Assembly (NCBI GenBank): GCA_937625935.1
Contig: OW569376.1
Span: forward strand, 372,001 to 436,000
DNA: 64,000 bases
Reading direction: 5' to 3'
From: Tetramitus jugosus
Lineage: Eukaryota; Protista; Heterolobosea
The notes under the pieces are model-generated. The model searched no databases, was not told the origin of the DNA, and saw only the letters and a list, made by a program, of their open reading frames with translations. Each line of letters opens with the position of its first letter. Position 1 is the stretch's first letter. Positions 10,411 to 21,213 of the stretch are shown piece by piece. Both the position numbers and the translations under genes were made by a program.

Positions 10411-12634
10411 ATGTCTCATTATAAAAAAGCGAATCAACAAAGACAAGTGGCCAACAAGGCAATTGTCCCCACACTGACAAAAGTGTCAGATCGTCTCAAT
10501 GTTGTTCAATGCATCAGAAACTATATATTAAAGATGATTTCGAATGTAAAGGGAGTCAAAGTGCTCTTGTTGGATGATTATACCGTACGTGTGTGCTCTA
10601 CTACTACATCATCATCATCATCATTTGTCAACATCCTACTTACTTTTTTTTTGTTCATGATTTTGCGACAAAATTTTTTTGTCATTGTGTTGTGCTGCGA
10701 ATTCTAGAAAGAAGTGATTTCGTTGGTCATGAGTCAGACTGAGATTATGAAGCATGAAGTGTTCTTGGTGGGTATGCTACAGGACAAAAAGCGTCAAAAG
10801 CTACCCAATCTTCGATGTATCATTTTTGTGAGACCTTCAGAGGCTATCAATAGAGCGATTCGTGATGAATTGAATGATCCAAAGTATCAAGCTTATAGCT
10901 TATGTATGTGTGCGACCTCACTCTTGTTTATTCTCTATTTCAGCTACGATTTCTTCTGAATCAAATCGCGATTTTCACTGTTTATTGTCCATGTTTGGTT
11001 GAACAGAACACATCTAACACAACACGAATCGATTTTGATTGAAACAAACAGATTTCACCAATGTGCTACCAACAGAGCAATTGGACAAGATTGCCTCACA
11101 AGACAAGCAAGAAATGGTGAAACACGTGTATGAGTACTTTGCTGATTATATTGCACTGGACAGGATTTTGTTTACACTGAACATACCCACCATGGTGCCC
11201 ATGTTGAACTCCTCCTGGGGTGAACCATCGTTCAATCGGTTGAGTGATGCCCTGTTGGCCGTTCTCCTCAGTGTGAAGAAAGCCCGACCATTTATCCGAT
11301 ACCAGAAAAATTCTGATTTGTGTCGGAATATTGCAGAGGCTGTGAATGAGCGAATTGATGAACAAAAGGATCTGTTTAAGATTCCGCAATCTGAGGCACA
11401 TAGATCTTCAACTCCACTGTTGCTCCTCTTGGACAGAAGAGAGGACCCTATTACTCCGCTGTTGACTCAATGGACCTATCAGGCCATGTTGCACGAGTTG
11501 TGTACCATTAAGAATAACCGTATTGTGATTGATTTGTCGGAGAAGAAGGATAATGAAGAGTCATCAGATGAAGATGACGATGTTTTGGACGATGAAGATC
11601 TTGAGGCTGCAACTGCCAAAAAGAAGAAGAGAGATGCAAAGGCAAAGAAGGACGCAGAGAAGAAGAAGGAAGTAGTCGTGAATGCAGAGCTGGACTCGTT
11701 CTATGCTGAGAATTGGTCTTCCAACTGGGGTGATTTGTGTGAATCCGTCAAGGATGTGATTGAAAAGTTTAAGGAGAACAATCAAGTCAAGGACAAAATT
11801 ACCTCCATCAACGATATTCAACAATTTATGAGAGATTATCCTCAGTTTAAGAAATTTGCTGGTGAAGTGGACAAGCATGCCTCATTGGTGCAAGAGTGCA
11901 GAAAACAGATATCAAAGAGACATTTGATGGATGTTTCCGAGTTGGAACAGAGCATTGCATGCAGCAATTCACACAGTGAACACATTCAAAAGTTGAAGCA
12001 ATTGTTGAACGATAGCAGAATTACACCTAATGATGCACTGAGACTCGTTCTCATCTACGCATTCAAATATGATAACACAAAGGGTGAATTGCCTGCATTG
12101 AAGAAGCTGTTGGCTAGTCAAAAGAACTATCATGCCTCAAAGTTGATTGACAATGCTCTAAAGTTCTCTCCACGTGATATCAGAACAGAGGAAACGACCG
12201 CACCTACAAAAACAAGCTTCTCATTCACTGGATTGGCCAAGAAAGCAATGAGCGCGTTCCATGATGACGAAGAAGTGCAGAATGTGTTCACTCAACACAA
12301 GCCTCGACTTCACACAATTCTAGATGCATTGTTTAAGAATGCACTGAATGAAAATGCATATCCATACTTTGGACTTACGTCACGTGACACAGCAAGAGAT
12401 GTGATCGTATTCATTGTTGGAGGTGCCACGTATGAAGAAGCGCTAACAGTGCACAAGTTTAATATCAATGAGGAAGATCTTGCTCCAACTAACACAGGCA
12501 GTTCTTCATCTTCATCGAACAGGAGGGAGAGATCTGTTGTGCTTGGTGGTACAACTATCCTCAATTCCAAGTCATTCCTTAAGGAGCTGCTCAAGTACAG
12601 TGACCATTCTCAGATGCACGCTAATTTGGAGTAG
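10411..12634 (+). CDS. VPS45: Vacuolar protein sorting 45 (Sec1/Munc18 family); exons 10411-10584, 10708-10903, 11052-12634
   Basis: KVLLLDDYT|KEVISLVMSQTEIMKHEVFL, IFVRPS, YSL-Y-FTN across GT-AG introns; LLLLDRREDPITPLLTQWTYQAMLHEL; VIVFIVGGATYEE; VLGGTTILNS. Confidence 0.95.
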
Positions 12635-12745
12635 GGGAATGTGAAACAGTAGCGATGGGCTAACTTGTAAACTCTTAGTTGTTTATTCTTGTAATTATTA
12701 ATTAAGTTCATGAAAATAAAGGTGAAAACTTATTCTGCCCAAAGC

Positions 12746-13723
12746 TTAAAAGTATCCCAATTGATTCACAATGTACATGACCGGGAAACTGAACAATAGA
12801 CCATCAATACGATCAAGAACACCACCATGAGCACCGAAAAAGTCACCACTGTCCTTAATCACAGCAACTCGCTTGTAATATGATTCCAACAAGTCACCCA
12901 CAATACCTAACACGCCCAGTAGCACACCATTGTAGAAAAAGGTGGTGTTGGAACCGATTGTTGTTGGTGAGAACAGACCAAATTGCAACGAGATAAATCT
13001 CACTGCCATTGACAACAAAACAGCACCGACAACAGCACCAAATGCTCCCTCCACAGTCTTGTTGGGCGACAGTGATGGACAAAGCTTATGCTTACCAAAT
13101 CTCTTGCCAGCAAACATGGCAAAAGCATCAGCGGCCCAATTTGCAAACAAAATGAGCAAGAGCAAGATTGGAGTTCGTCTCAAGATCAAAATGGCCATTG
13201 CCAAATTGAATCCAGAATACAGAATACCAAAGTAGTCCAATGTCAGAGCTACCATGTCAAACACTGTGCTCTGTTGTGGTGACATGTTAGTCGGGAGCTT
13301 ACAATCACGACTAAGCATACCACTGTTCATCCATCCAAAAATCGTACACACGAACATTATAATATAAATGGAGATGGTCACAGCCAACACATAGAATGGT
13401 TCCTCATGATACCAATACGCTACAATCGGTAAAAAAACCGCCAAAAATGATTTTGCATACACTTGAACTTGATCATTCAAGCAGTCGGGCTTTTTTGGAA
13501 AAGCTTGTTCCTTTACGGGCGCGCTTGGGTTTGCCGCCAAATCCACAAAATTCATCATGACATGACGCCTGAGCAAAATCCATTCAACAGAGCCAACAAA
13601 GCTCAACGTCACAGTAATGAGATTCATGAAAACAGGGTATGCCACACAAAAACAAACAATAGGTATGGCAACACCTGCTACCAGCAGTCTCTTTGCCAAC
13701 TCTTTCAGGTTCATAACAGCCAT
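12746..13723 (-). CDS. cdsA: Phosphatidate cytidylyltransferase (CDP-DAG synthase, CTP_transf_1), compact CdsA-like form
   Basis: WAADAFAMFAGKRFGKHKLCPSLSPNKTVEG and GDLLESYYKRVAVIKDSGDFFGAHGGVLDRID; multiple TM helices. Confidence 0.93.
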   Translation of the reverse strand: MAVMNLKELAKRLLVAGVAIPIVCFCVAYPVFMNLITVTLSFVGSVEWILLRRHVMMNFVDLAANPSAPVKEQAFPKKPDCLNDQVQVYAKSFLAVFLPIVAYWYHEEPFYVLAVTISIYIIMFVCTIFGWMNSGMLSRDCKLPTNMSPQQSTVFDMVALTLDYFGILYSGFNLAMAILILRRTPILLLLILFANWAADAFAMFAGKRFGKHKLCPSLSPNKTVEGAFGAVVGAVLLSMAVRFISLQFGLFSPTTIGSNTTFFYNGVLLGVLGIVGDLLESYYKRVAVIKDSGDFFGAHGGVLDRIDGLLFSFPVMYIVNQLGYF

Positions 13724-14112
13724 AGTGGTGGAGAATTAGAGAATCTATTTATAGAAAACGGAGTTTGGTATTTTCTTGTGTTGTTGATCGGAGTGAAGAG
13801 TTGTCTCTTTGCTTCTTGATTGATCAAAGGTTCTTAGTGGTTGTTGTTTATGTGTTTGCTTTTTGTTTGTTGCGCAGCCAAGGGAAAAATGGAGAAATTG
13901 TTTTTGTGATTTTATCCTTGTTCCTTTGTCTCTATTTTTTGTTCTTGTTCGGTGGATGAGAACTGTTCATGTGAACAGACAGGACAAGTATCTGAAAACA
14001 GTGACGTCGGTTAGATTCCTAAAGGATGGTATCTCCTCTTTGAGTTTTGCGTAGTCTTTGAATATGCTACAGTGGAGTTGGTTCATTTACAGTATTTTTG
14101 ATAACGTTGAAC

Positions 14113-15693
14113 TTAAACTTCTATCACTTGTTCATCAAGTGCTTCTTGTTCGAACTGTACTTGCATTTGAGGAGTGGTTGCTTCCTCTGTTTCTGTCACT
14201 TGAAATTCTTCCTTCTTTTCTTCTGTCAATTGTACTTCTTGTTGTTGTGTATTATCTTCTGGGGATGAGAAATCTGAAGGTTCAGGAGACATTGGTGTTG
14301 CTCCAATCTGAGTCAAGTCAACCACAACCTTGTTTGTCAACAACTTTGAAGGAGTAATGTCACCACTTTCAATCACCATGCTGGATGATCCATCCATCTC
14401 CTTGAATTCTGCTGCTGTCACTCCAGCATCTTCCAGAATTCCACCTTCCACCAATTCTGTTGCTTCGCTGGTGTCTGTGTTGTATTGACGCATGTTGATG
14501 ATTGGATCCCAAAGTTTTGCAATCTTGAAAGGCCAGTACAAAACAATGACGGCACCAATACCGAAGAGATCAGAGGTTGATCTGGTCAAAATTGTCCAAG
14601 TGTAAACAGGTAAGTTGACAAACACTAGAACCAAACCTACTGTACGAATATTGACTGCAATGAGCAACAAAAACAGAGCACATGCCGATTTGATCATGGC
14701 TGATCGTTGTCTGTTCATAACAGCGTCATCAGAAGCCATTCCTTGTTTCTGATTGAAAACGCTGCTCTTATGGAGCATATATACAACACGAATGCCCAAT
14801 GCCACAGCGACCATGGTCAGGGCAATTGTCGCAGTTGCGAGTCCGAGTGCACCACCTCTGTAGAATGCAAAGAACACTTTCACATTCTTCACAACTGCAA
14901 TACCTACCATCTGAAAGAGGGCAGCAGTGAAAACAACGATCGCAGCGAACAAAGTAATCAGCGAAATAAGGACATAAACCACAATTCTCAACACCTTTTC
15001 AGTTTGGACTGAACCCTTGTACCATAGAAACGAAATTCTCATCCAAACCACAATCAACATGGAGAGGAGAATTTCATAGTGAATGTGGCACGACATGTGA
15101 ATCAGGTTAGCCACACGTACAATGAACCTTCGAGGACCAGTGGGATATGGAGAACCTGCAATAGTCATTATTTGAGCAATGATACGAATTACGATGTAGA
15201 TACAAGCCAAGAACAATGTCCAATTGAGCAGGGCTCTCGTTCTAAACCTTTCCAACGCTTTGTTGTTCTTAGCTTTGGTGTTCTTCTTTCTTGTCTGGTT
15301 ATGGGCTGTACTCTTGTTATTGCTCTTTGGAGCCTTCGTGTTGTTGTCATTCTGAGTGTCAACTTGTTCTGAATCATCTCTGTCACTGTCCAACCACTTG
15401 GAGAACCAAGCACAGCAAGCATAAACAAAATTCATTTTGCTCTTGTTGCCCTTGTTGGGAAGAAAGATGATGAAACTTCGATTGCCAACAAATGCCACGA
15501 CTAACAGAACAAACAAGAAAAGGTCGATGCATGTGCTCACGCCATCGATAATCATGTTGATTGCAACATCTTTCTTGAGATGACCAATCATTGGGACCTT
15601 GGAAGAAGTGGTGTTTGTTGCAACAGCAGCCAACAGTGATTCAAAGTGAGATAGTTCCCCAAAAGAGATTCCTTGAAAGTAGTTCATTTGCAT
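14113..15693 (-). CDS. Seven-transmembrane GPCR-like protein, copy A
   Basis: Seven hydrophobic segments counted by eye, a long basic first intracellular loop and an acidic C-tail; close paralogue at 19321-20913. Confidence 0.75.
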   Translation of the reverse strand: MQMNYFQGISFGELSHFESLLAAVATNTTSSKVPMIGHLKKDVAINMIIDGVSTCIDLFLFVLLVVAFVGNRSFIIFLPNKGNKSKMNFVYACCAWFSKWLDSDRDDSEQVDTQNDNNTKAPKSNNKSTAHNQTRKKNTKAKNNKALERFRTRALLNWTLFLACIYIVIRIIAQIMTIAGSPYPTGPRRFIVRVANLIHMSCHIHYEILLSMLIVVWMRISFLWYKGSVQTEKVLRIVVYVLISLITLFAAIVVFTAALFQMVGIAVVKNVKVFFAFYRGGALGLATATIALTMVAVALGIRVVYMLHKSSVFNQKQGMASDDAVMNRQRSAMIKSACALFLLLIAVNIRTVGLVLVFVNLPVYTWTILTRSTSDLFGIGAVIVLYWPFKIAKLWDPIINMRQYNTDTSEATELVEGGILEDAGVTAAEFKEMDGSSSMVIESGDITPSKLLTNKVVVDLTQIGATPMSPEPSDFSSPEDNTQQQEVQLTEEKKEEFQVTETEEATTPQMQVQFEQEALDEQVIEV

Positions 15694-16089
15694 TAGTTTG
15701 TTTTGTTTGTTGTTCGTTAAGTGTGTCTGTTTTGTAGCACTCCATCCCTTCTAAAAAGTTCTCAGTTAAAAGCGTGGAAGGGATTCTACCAGAACTGATG
15801 TTGAAGTTTTGAATTTCCCAAGCTAAGGGTCTGTGTGAACTGGACTCTCATTCCAACAGGTGATCAGACAAGTTCACAGTGAGAATTTGGATAAATAGTT
15901 CACAACAGCTGATTTCCCTACCGCGAGTTTGACCCCTTGAGACCAAAAAAGTATTCTTTCACGAATTTGGGATACACCTTTCGGGAATGAAGTGATGCGT
16001 GACGAGTAGAGTTGCACTGGGGTGTCACTTAACATGGTTACTGGATCCAACATGCATTGTCCAGAATTATCTTGTCGGCAACTCACTGT

Positions 16090-16310
16090 CAGGTGATGTT
16101 GTGTGCACTGATTTATGCGTCAAATGACCAGCAGCGATTCGCGTTCACATGTCGATGCCGGAGCTCTGATGAGTGGTGTGAATGCAAGAGTGAATGGTTG
16201 ATGATGGTTTTTCCACAAATGCGCTTGATGATATGGAATTACACTACGCTATCCAAACAACCATATTTTTTGAAGGACCCTAGAATATTCTAGTTCGAGT
16301 CGGTTCGATG
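16090..16310 (+). pseudogene. Possible eroded ankyrin-repeat relic
   Basis: Fragments in shifting frames: ALIYAS, DAGALMSGVNAR, DDMELHYAI...ILVRVG, with stops. Confidence 0.3.
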
Positions 16311-16674
16311 GTCTAGGCCATAGCCATGGTTCCTGCTTCAACAATCTGGAAGATACACCCAAAACTCACAGGCCACCACTGATCAAAAGGGAATTTTCAT
16401 GAGAAGATCGTTCGGTCAAATGAATTATTATTTTCTGGTCTTCAATGAAGTGTTTTGGTTCTTTTCTCTCCCGTCAACAATTTTGGACTGGTGATCTGAT
16501 ACCCTGAATGGTGTTTCGCCCGATGGGATGTTGTCATCACAGATTGTAAAGTTGACTCTGGGGACCCAGGATATTCCGTCACTGCGGTGGACCAACCCTT
16601 AAAAAGCAGAGGTATCCAGGCCAACAAATTCTATTCAACCATCCACAAACCAAATAACTACACATACCACAATC

Positions 16675-17022
16675 ATGAGAATCATTTCTGTTCTATTGCT
16701 TATCGCTCTTTTGGCTACTGTTGTTCTGTGCGCCAGACCAACTGACTTGAAGTTGACTAGACCAGTCATCAAGAAGTGGGTTCAACGTCCATTGACCAGA
16801 CCAGCTCAACCAAGACTCCCAATCTCTGACAGAAAGATCAGAAATCTCAAGAAGGCTGTTGCTGCTCAAGAAGAAGCTTTGGCTGACTTGAAGTTCGACC
16901 TCTCCTGCACCTACCTCTGCAACACCTGGTACTTGTGCCATGCTAAGGGAAGCTGGGGTGGAAACACTTCTGGATGCTCCAAGCCTTCTGGCTGTGTCTG
17001 CAACAAGTTCGCCTGGCAATAG
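16675..17022 (+). CDS. Secreted prepropeptide with a C-terminal six-Cys domain (115 aa)
   Basis: Signal peptide MRIISVLLLIALLATVVLCA; Arg/Pro-rich pro-region; C-x3-C-x5-C-x12-C-x5-C-x-C. Strongly biased codons (AAG, AGA, GCT, TTG, TGC); CA-rich leader; AATAAA just after the stop. Confidence 0.85.
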   Translation: MRIISVLLLIALLATVVLCARPTDLKLTRPVIKKWVQRPLTRPAQPRLPISDRKIRNLKKAVAAQEEALADLKFDLSCTYLCNTWYLCHAKGSWGGNTSGCSKPSGCVCNKFAWQ

Positions 17023-17279
17023 TAAATTTAGTCAATAAAAGCACCAAATTAACCAACCACTCCTCATGGCTCCATTCTTTTTCTGCTGAACTTGTCACAT
17101 GCGTTTTTTGTGATTTGTCAATTATTAATTCCTAGCCAAAACTAACTAACAATCGTGGTAAGTCCCATTGATGTTGCTAATTGGTTGTCAATAGTCAACC
17201 AGAACTGTTTCACAGGCGAGTTGACATCCTTATGGATATTTCCTGGTCAAACAACAACAAGACATATTACCGAACTGCA

Positions 17280-18213
17280 ACATGAAATGTGAGAGGTGCA
17301 GATTTGGTTGGTGCCTTCCCACTGGCGATTCTAAACTACTCCGGCGCAGTGGGGTTCTTAAGAACCATCAGCTTTTTGATGAGGATGGAATCATGAAAAT
17401 GCCATCCGAAAAAGCGAAGTAAAAGATGACAGGTATTGGCCAAAAAAAGGACACGAGGATTCGCGCCCACACGGAACTGCTGGTAAATCATGTGATGAAA
17501 AGTGGTTTTCTCAAAGAACCGTGTAACAAAAGGTCTCGGTGTCTGTCAGTGGTAGAGAGCTTGTTGAGGATAGCATCAGGAAGGAATTGACGGACCACTT
17601 CTCAAGCAGTAGTAGTGAAATCATCTCAAAGTCGCGGGATGGTGGTTGGAAGCAGCGCTGCAGCAAGACAAGGAGTGAAACAACCTTCTCAAGTGTCCAT
17701 TTGGTCTGAATAGAAAGGAATTGTGGTTCTATCATCAGGTGAGAAGTGGTACTCTCCCTACAAGGACTGGCGCTCGACATCTGTGTAATCGGGGATCGAT
17801 GTCACTCACACACTGTTGTAAAGCTCCAGAAACCATCGTGCATCTGCGAACTTGAAAGGATGGTAAGATGCAAGTTGGTTGAAGAGCTGAAGGTGAAACT
17901 GGACAAGCTGAGTCTGCCAGATTCTGTCAAGGTCTCTGTACGGTTCGAGGATGTGTTGTACGAAGTGGAAATATACAACCACGAAAAGTGAAGCGAATTC
18001 CTGAAGGAACATTGGAGGGATTGATGGGATAGGAAGGAGACTTCAAGGAGGAATTTCTGGACGAAATGAAGCTCTCAGGTAAGAAGAGAAGTGAAGAAGA
18101 GAAAAAGATAAGGAGAGTCATTGACTCAATCAAGAGGTCGTGCATCAAGACACAATACAAGATGTACATTAACTCTGTCGCGGAGAGGAGTAAAACACTG
18201 CTCGTCACCTAAC
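17280..18213 (+). pseudogene. Eroded coding relic of unknown family
   Basis: Purine-rich, codon-like sequence broken into short frames (e.g. KLVEELKVKLDKLSLPDSVKVSVRFEDVLYEV; EGDFKEEFLDEMKLSGKKRSEEEKKIRRVIDSIKR) by stops and frameshifts. Confidence 0.4.
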
Positions 18214-18339
18214 AGTGCCGAGCGGAATCATGACTCACAGTGGTGTATAGAATAAAGTGGCAACACTAGTTGTATGGAAAAAAATTGGCATTGGTGTATT
18301 GTGCAAATCAAAGTCCCTATCGAGAAGATTCCCTAAAAG

Positions 18340-18750
18340 AAAAGGAACGAGACAGGGAGTCTCCCTTTCACCCATCATGTACGTTGACAAACAGGTGGAA
18401 GGATATTAGAGGATGTACCAAAGACTGTCTAGGAATGCGGTAAATGTTGACGATCGCATGTATGGATTCCCTGGAGGTTTAATCGATTCGGGTGAGACTG
18501 TGGAGGAAGCTGCACGAAGGGAGCTCTTGGAAGAGACGGTCTGTAGATATTGACCGAGCAGCCAAATCAATGTCAGAGTTCTATCGTCCCTTCGCATGTC
18601 TATGCACCCAATTGAGCGATGTTCGGCAATTTGAAGAGGAAGGAACACACGACATAGAGGTAGATGGTACAGTTGTCCAGGCACGAAACAGTGGTCAAGT
18701 GTTCAGAACTCTGGGTCTCTTCGCCAACATGAAGGATCAGTTTGTATTGA
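18340..18750 (+). pseudogene. Frameshifted Nudix hydrolase relic, possibly NUDT16/U8-decapping-like
   Basis: Nudix box YGFPGGLIDSGETVEEAARRELLEET at ~18461-18538; frame breaks immediately afterwards (TGA). Another frame continues EFY...GTHDIEVDGTV, reminiscent of the NUDT16 HGLEVLGLV segment. Confidence 0.65.
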
Positions 18751-19320
18751 AAAAAAACGGCACAAATCAAGAGAGAACAGCAGAGTGGATGAATATTAAC
18801 TCTGGTTATTACAGAGGGCCGCAAGTAACAGCGGATCCGACTTCAGTTTCATCAAGTACCACATGTCGACCGGAAACTGGAGCGGTTCCAAGCACAAATC
18901 CGAAGTGGGAAGTTACACACTTAGGACGTTGTGCATTTTCTTTACAAAACAGCCAGCATGCCGAAGCAGTGTGTCTGGTGTCATATCGAAACGGAGAGTG
19001 TCCTACACTGTCTGAACCGCTGCCCAAGAGCAGTCAAAATGACAGTAGGAATGAGTTAGTAGATAGAGTTAGAAGTAGCACGAGAGGACCACATTGGCAT
19101 CAGAGTAGAATAGGAATCAGTGTAGTGAGGTACAGAGACAACTCTCCAATCAAGGACCACTCGTTCCAGTCTAGCATCTTTCCAAGTAGGACGAAGAATG
19201 TCCTTTTGCCAGTTTGTCAACAACACGAAAAAGTCTGTTGATATCTGGTTTGATAACCGGCAATGCAGGATGAAGTAAATTGTTCGTTTGTTCCTTTACA
19301 GTATGTTGATCACTTTGAAC

Positions 19321-20913
19321 TTAGACTTCGATCACTTGTTCATCAAGTGCTTCCTGTTCGAACTGTACTTGCATTTGAGGAGTGGTTGCTTCCTCTGTTT
19401 CTGTCACTTGAATTTCTTCCTTCTTTTCTTCTGTCAATTGTACTTCTTGTTGTTGTGTAGTGTCTTCTGGGGATGAGAAATCTGAAGGTTCAGGGGACAT
19501 TGGTGTTGCTCCAATCTGAGTCAAGTCAACCACAACTGCCTTGTTTGTCAACAGTTTTGAAGGAGTAATGTCACCACTTTCAATCACCATGCTGGATGAT
19601 CCATCCATCTCCTTGAATTCTGCTGCTGTCACTCCAGCATCTTCCAGAATTCCACCTTCCACCAATTCTGTTGCTTCGCTGGTGTCTGTGTTGTATTGAC
19701 GCATGTTGATGATTGGATCCCAAAGTTTTGCAATCTTGAAAGGCCAGTACAAAACAATGACGGCACCAATACCGAAGAGATCAGAGGTTGATCTGGTCAA
19801 AATTGTCCAAGTGTAAACTGGCAACTTGGCAAACACAAGAGCCAAACCTACTGTACGAATATTGACTGCAATGAGCAACAAAAACAGAGCACATGCCGAT
19901 TTGATCATGGCTGATCGTTGTCTGCTTATAACAGCGTCGTCAGAAGCCATTCCTTGTTTCTTATTGAAAACGCTGCTCTTATGGAGCATATACACAACAC
20001 GAATGCCCAATGCCACAGCAACCAGTGTCAAAGCAATTGTAGAAGCTGCGAATCCGAGTGCACCACCTCTGTAGAATGCGGTGTACACCTTTGGGTTCTT
20101 CACAACTTCAGGTCCCAACATCTGAACGAGAACTGCACTATATACGCTGCACGCAGCGAACAAAGTAATCAGCGAAATAAGGACATAAACCACAATTCTC
20201 AACACCTTTTCAGTCTGGACTGAACCCTTGTACCATAGAAACGAAATTCTCATCCAAACCACGATCAACATGGAAAGAAGAACTTGATAGTGAACATAGC
20301 AAGACATGTGAATCAGGTTAGCCACACGTACAATGAACCTTCGAGGGCCGATAGGATACGGAGAGCCAGAAATGGTCAAAATTTGAGCAATGATACGGAA
20401 CACAATGTAGACACAAGCCAAGAAAAGAGTCCAATTGAGCAACGCCCTCGTTCGATACTTCTCCAATGCTTTGCTGTTCTTGGTCTTGTTGCTCTTTTTT
20501 GGCCGGTTGTGCCCTGTACTCTTGCTATTGCTCTTGCTCTTGCCCTTAGTACCCTTCGTGTTGTTGTCATTCTGAGTGTCAACTTGTTCTGAATCATCTC
20601 TGTCACTGTCCAACCACTTGGAGAACCAAGCACAGCAAGCATAAACAAAATTCATTTTGCTCTTGTTGCCCTTGTTGGGAAGAAAGATGATGAAACTTCG
20701 ATTGCCAACAAATGACACAACCAACAGAACAAGTAGGATGAGATCGATGCATGTGCTCACGCCATCGATAATCATGTTGATGGCAACATCTTTCTTGAGA
20801 TGACCAATCATTGGGACCTTGGAAGAAGTGGTGTTTGTCGCAACAGCAGCCAACAGTGATTCAAAGTGAGATAGTTCCCCAAAAGAGATTCCTTGAAGGC
20901 AGTTAATAAGCAT
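19321..20913 (-). CDS. Seven-transmembrane GPCR-like protein, copy B
   Basis: Intact 530-aa ORF paralogous to 14113-15693. Confidence 0.75.
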   Translation of the reverse strand: MLINCLQGISFGELSHFESLLAAVATNTTSSKVPMIGHLKKDVAINMIIDGVSTCIDLILLVLLVVSFVGNRSFIIFLPNKGNKSKMNFVYACCAWFSKWLDSDRDDSEQVDTQNDNNTKGTKGKSKSNSKSTGHNRPKKSNKTKNSKALEKYRTRALLNWTLFLACVYIVFRIIAQILTISGSPYPIGPRRFIVRVANLIHMSCYVHYQVLLSMLIVVWMRISFLWYKGSVQTEKVLRIVVYVLISLITLFAACSVYSAVLVQMLGPEVVKNPKVYTAFYRGGALGFAASTIALTLVAVALGIRVVYMLHKSSVFNKKQGMASDDAVISRQRSAMIKSACALFLLLIAVNIRTVGLALVFAKLPVYTWTILTRSTSDLFGIGAVIVLYWPFKIAKLWDPIINMRQYNTDTSEATELVEGGILEDAGVTAAEFKEMDGSSSMVIESGDITPSKLLTNKAVVVDLTQIGATPMSPEPSDFSSPEDTTQQQEVQLTEEKKEEIQVTETEEATTPQMQVQFEQEALDEQVIEV

Positions 20914-21213
20914 TCGTTATTCAGTTATGGTTGGTGTTGGTGATATGTTTGTCTACTTGGAAGCTGTGTTTGTGACACACCAAGTCAAGCCTGTCTTAAG
21001 TATTTGGAAGACCCGCGCTCGTGGAATCCAACGTAGTAGAAATGATATTTGAAGTGTTTTATCACGTATTTACCTTTTAAGGTTTGAAATAGCAATGGAA
21101 TCCATCTCCGAATAGCGAGCATACCGAAGTTCATCAGGCATTTGGATAAAAGTTCATGACACATCAATGACGGCCAATTGCACTTTTGGTCGGGGTTCAC
21201 CAAAAAAAGTATT

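Larger units (their letters stand above)
14086..20897 (-). repeat. Direct duplication of a ~1.6 kb unit (about 14086-15677 and 19295-20897) separated by ~3.6 kb
   Basis: Direct nucleotide comparison: identical blocks such as ~14348-14606 vs ~19558-19817 and ~15333-15494 vs ~20553-20714. Similarity ends ~25 nt past the stop codon and ~15 nt short of the start codon. Confidence 0.95.

Noticed and set aside
18492-19241. 249-aa ORF as a real gene
   Set aside because: Non-ATG start out of frame with the overlapping Nudix box; better explained as relic sequence.
15700-19290. Spacer between the 7TM duplicates as a transposable element
   Set aside because: No terminal repeats, target-site duplication, or transposase/RT motifs seen.
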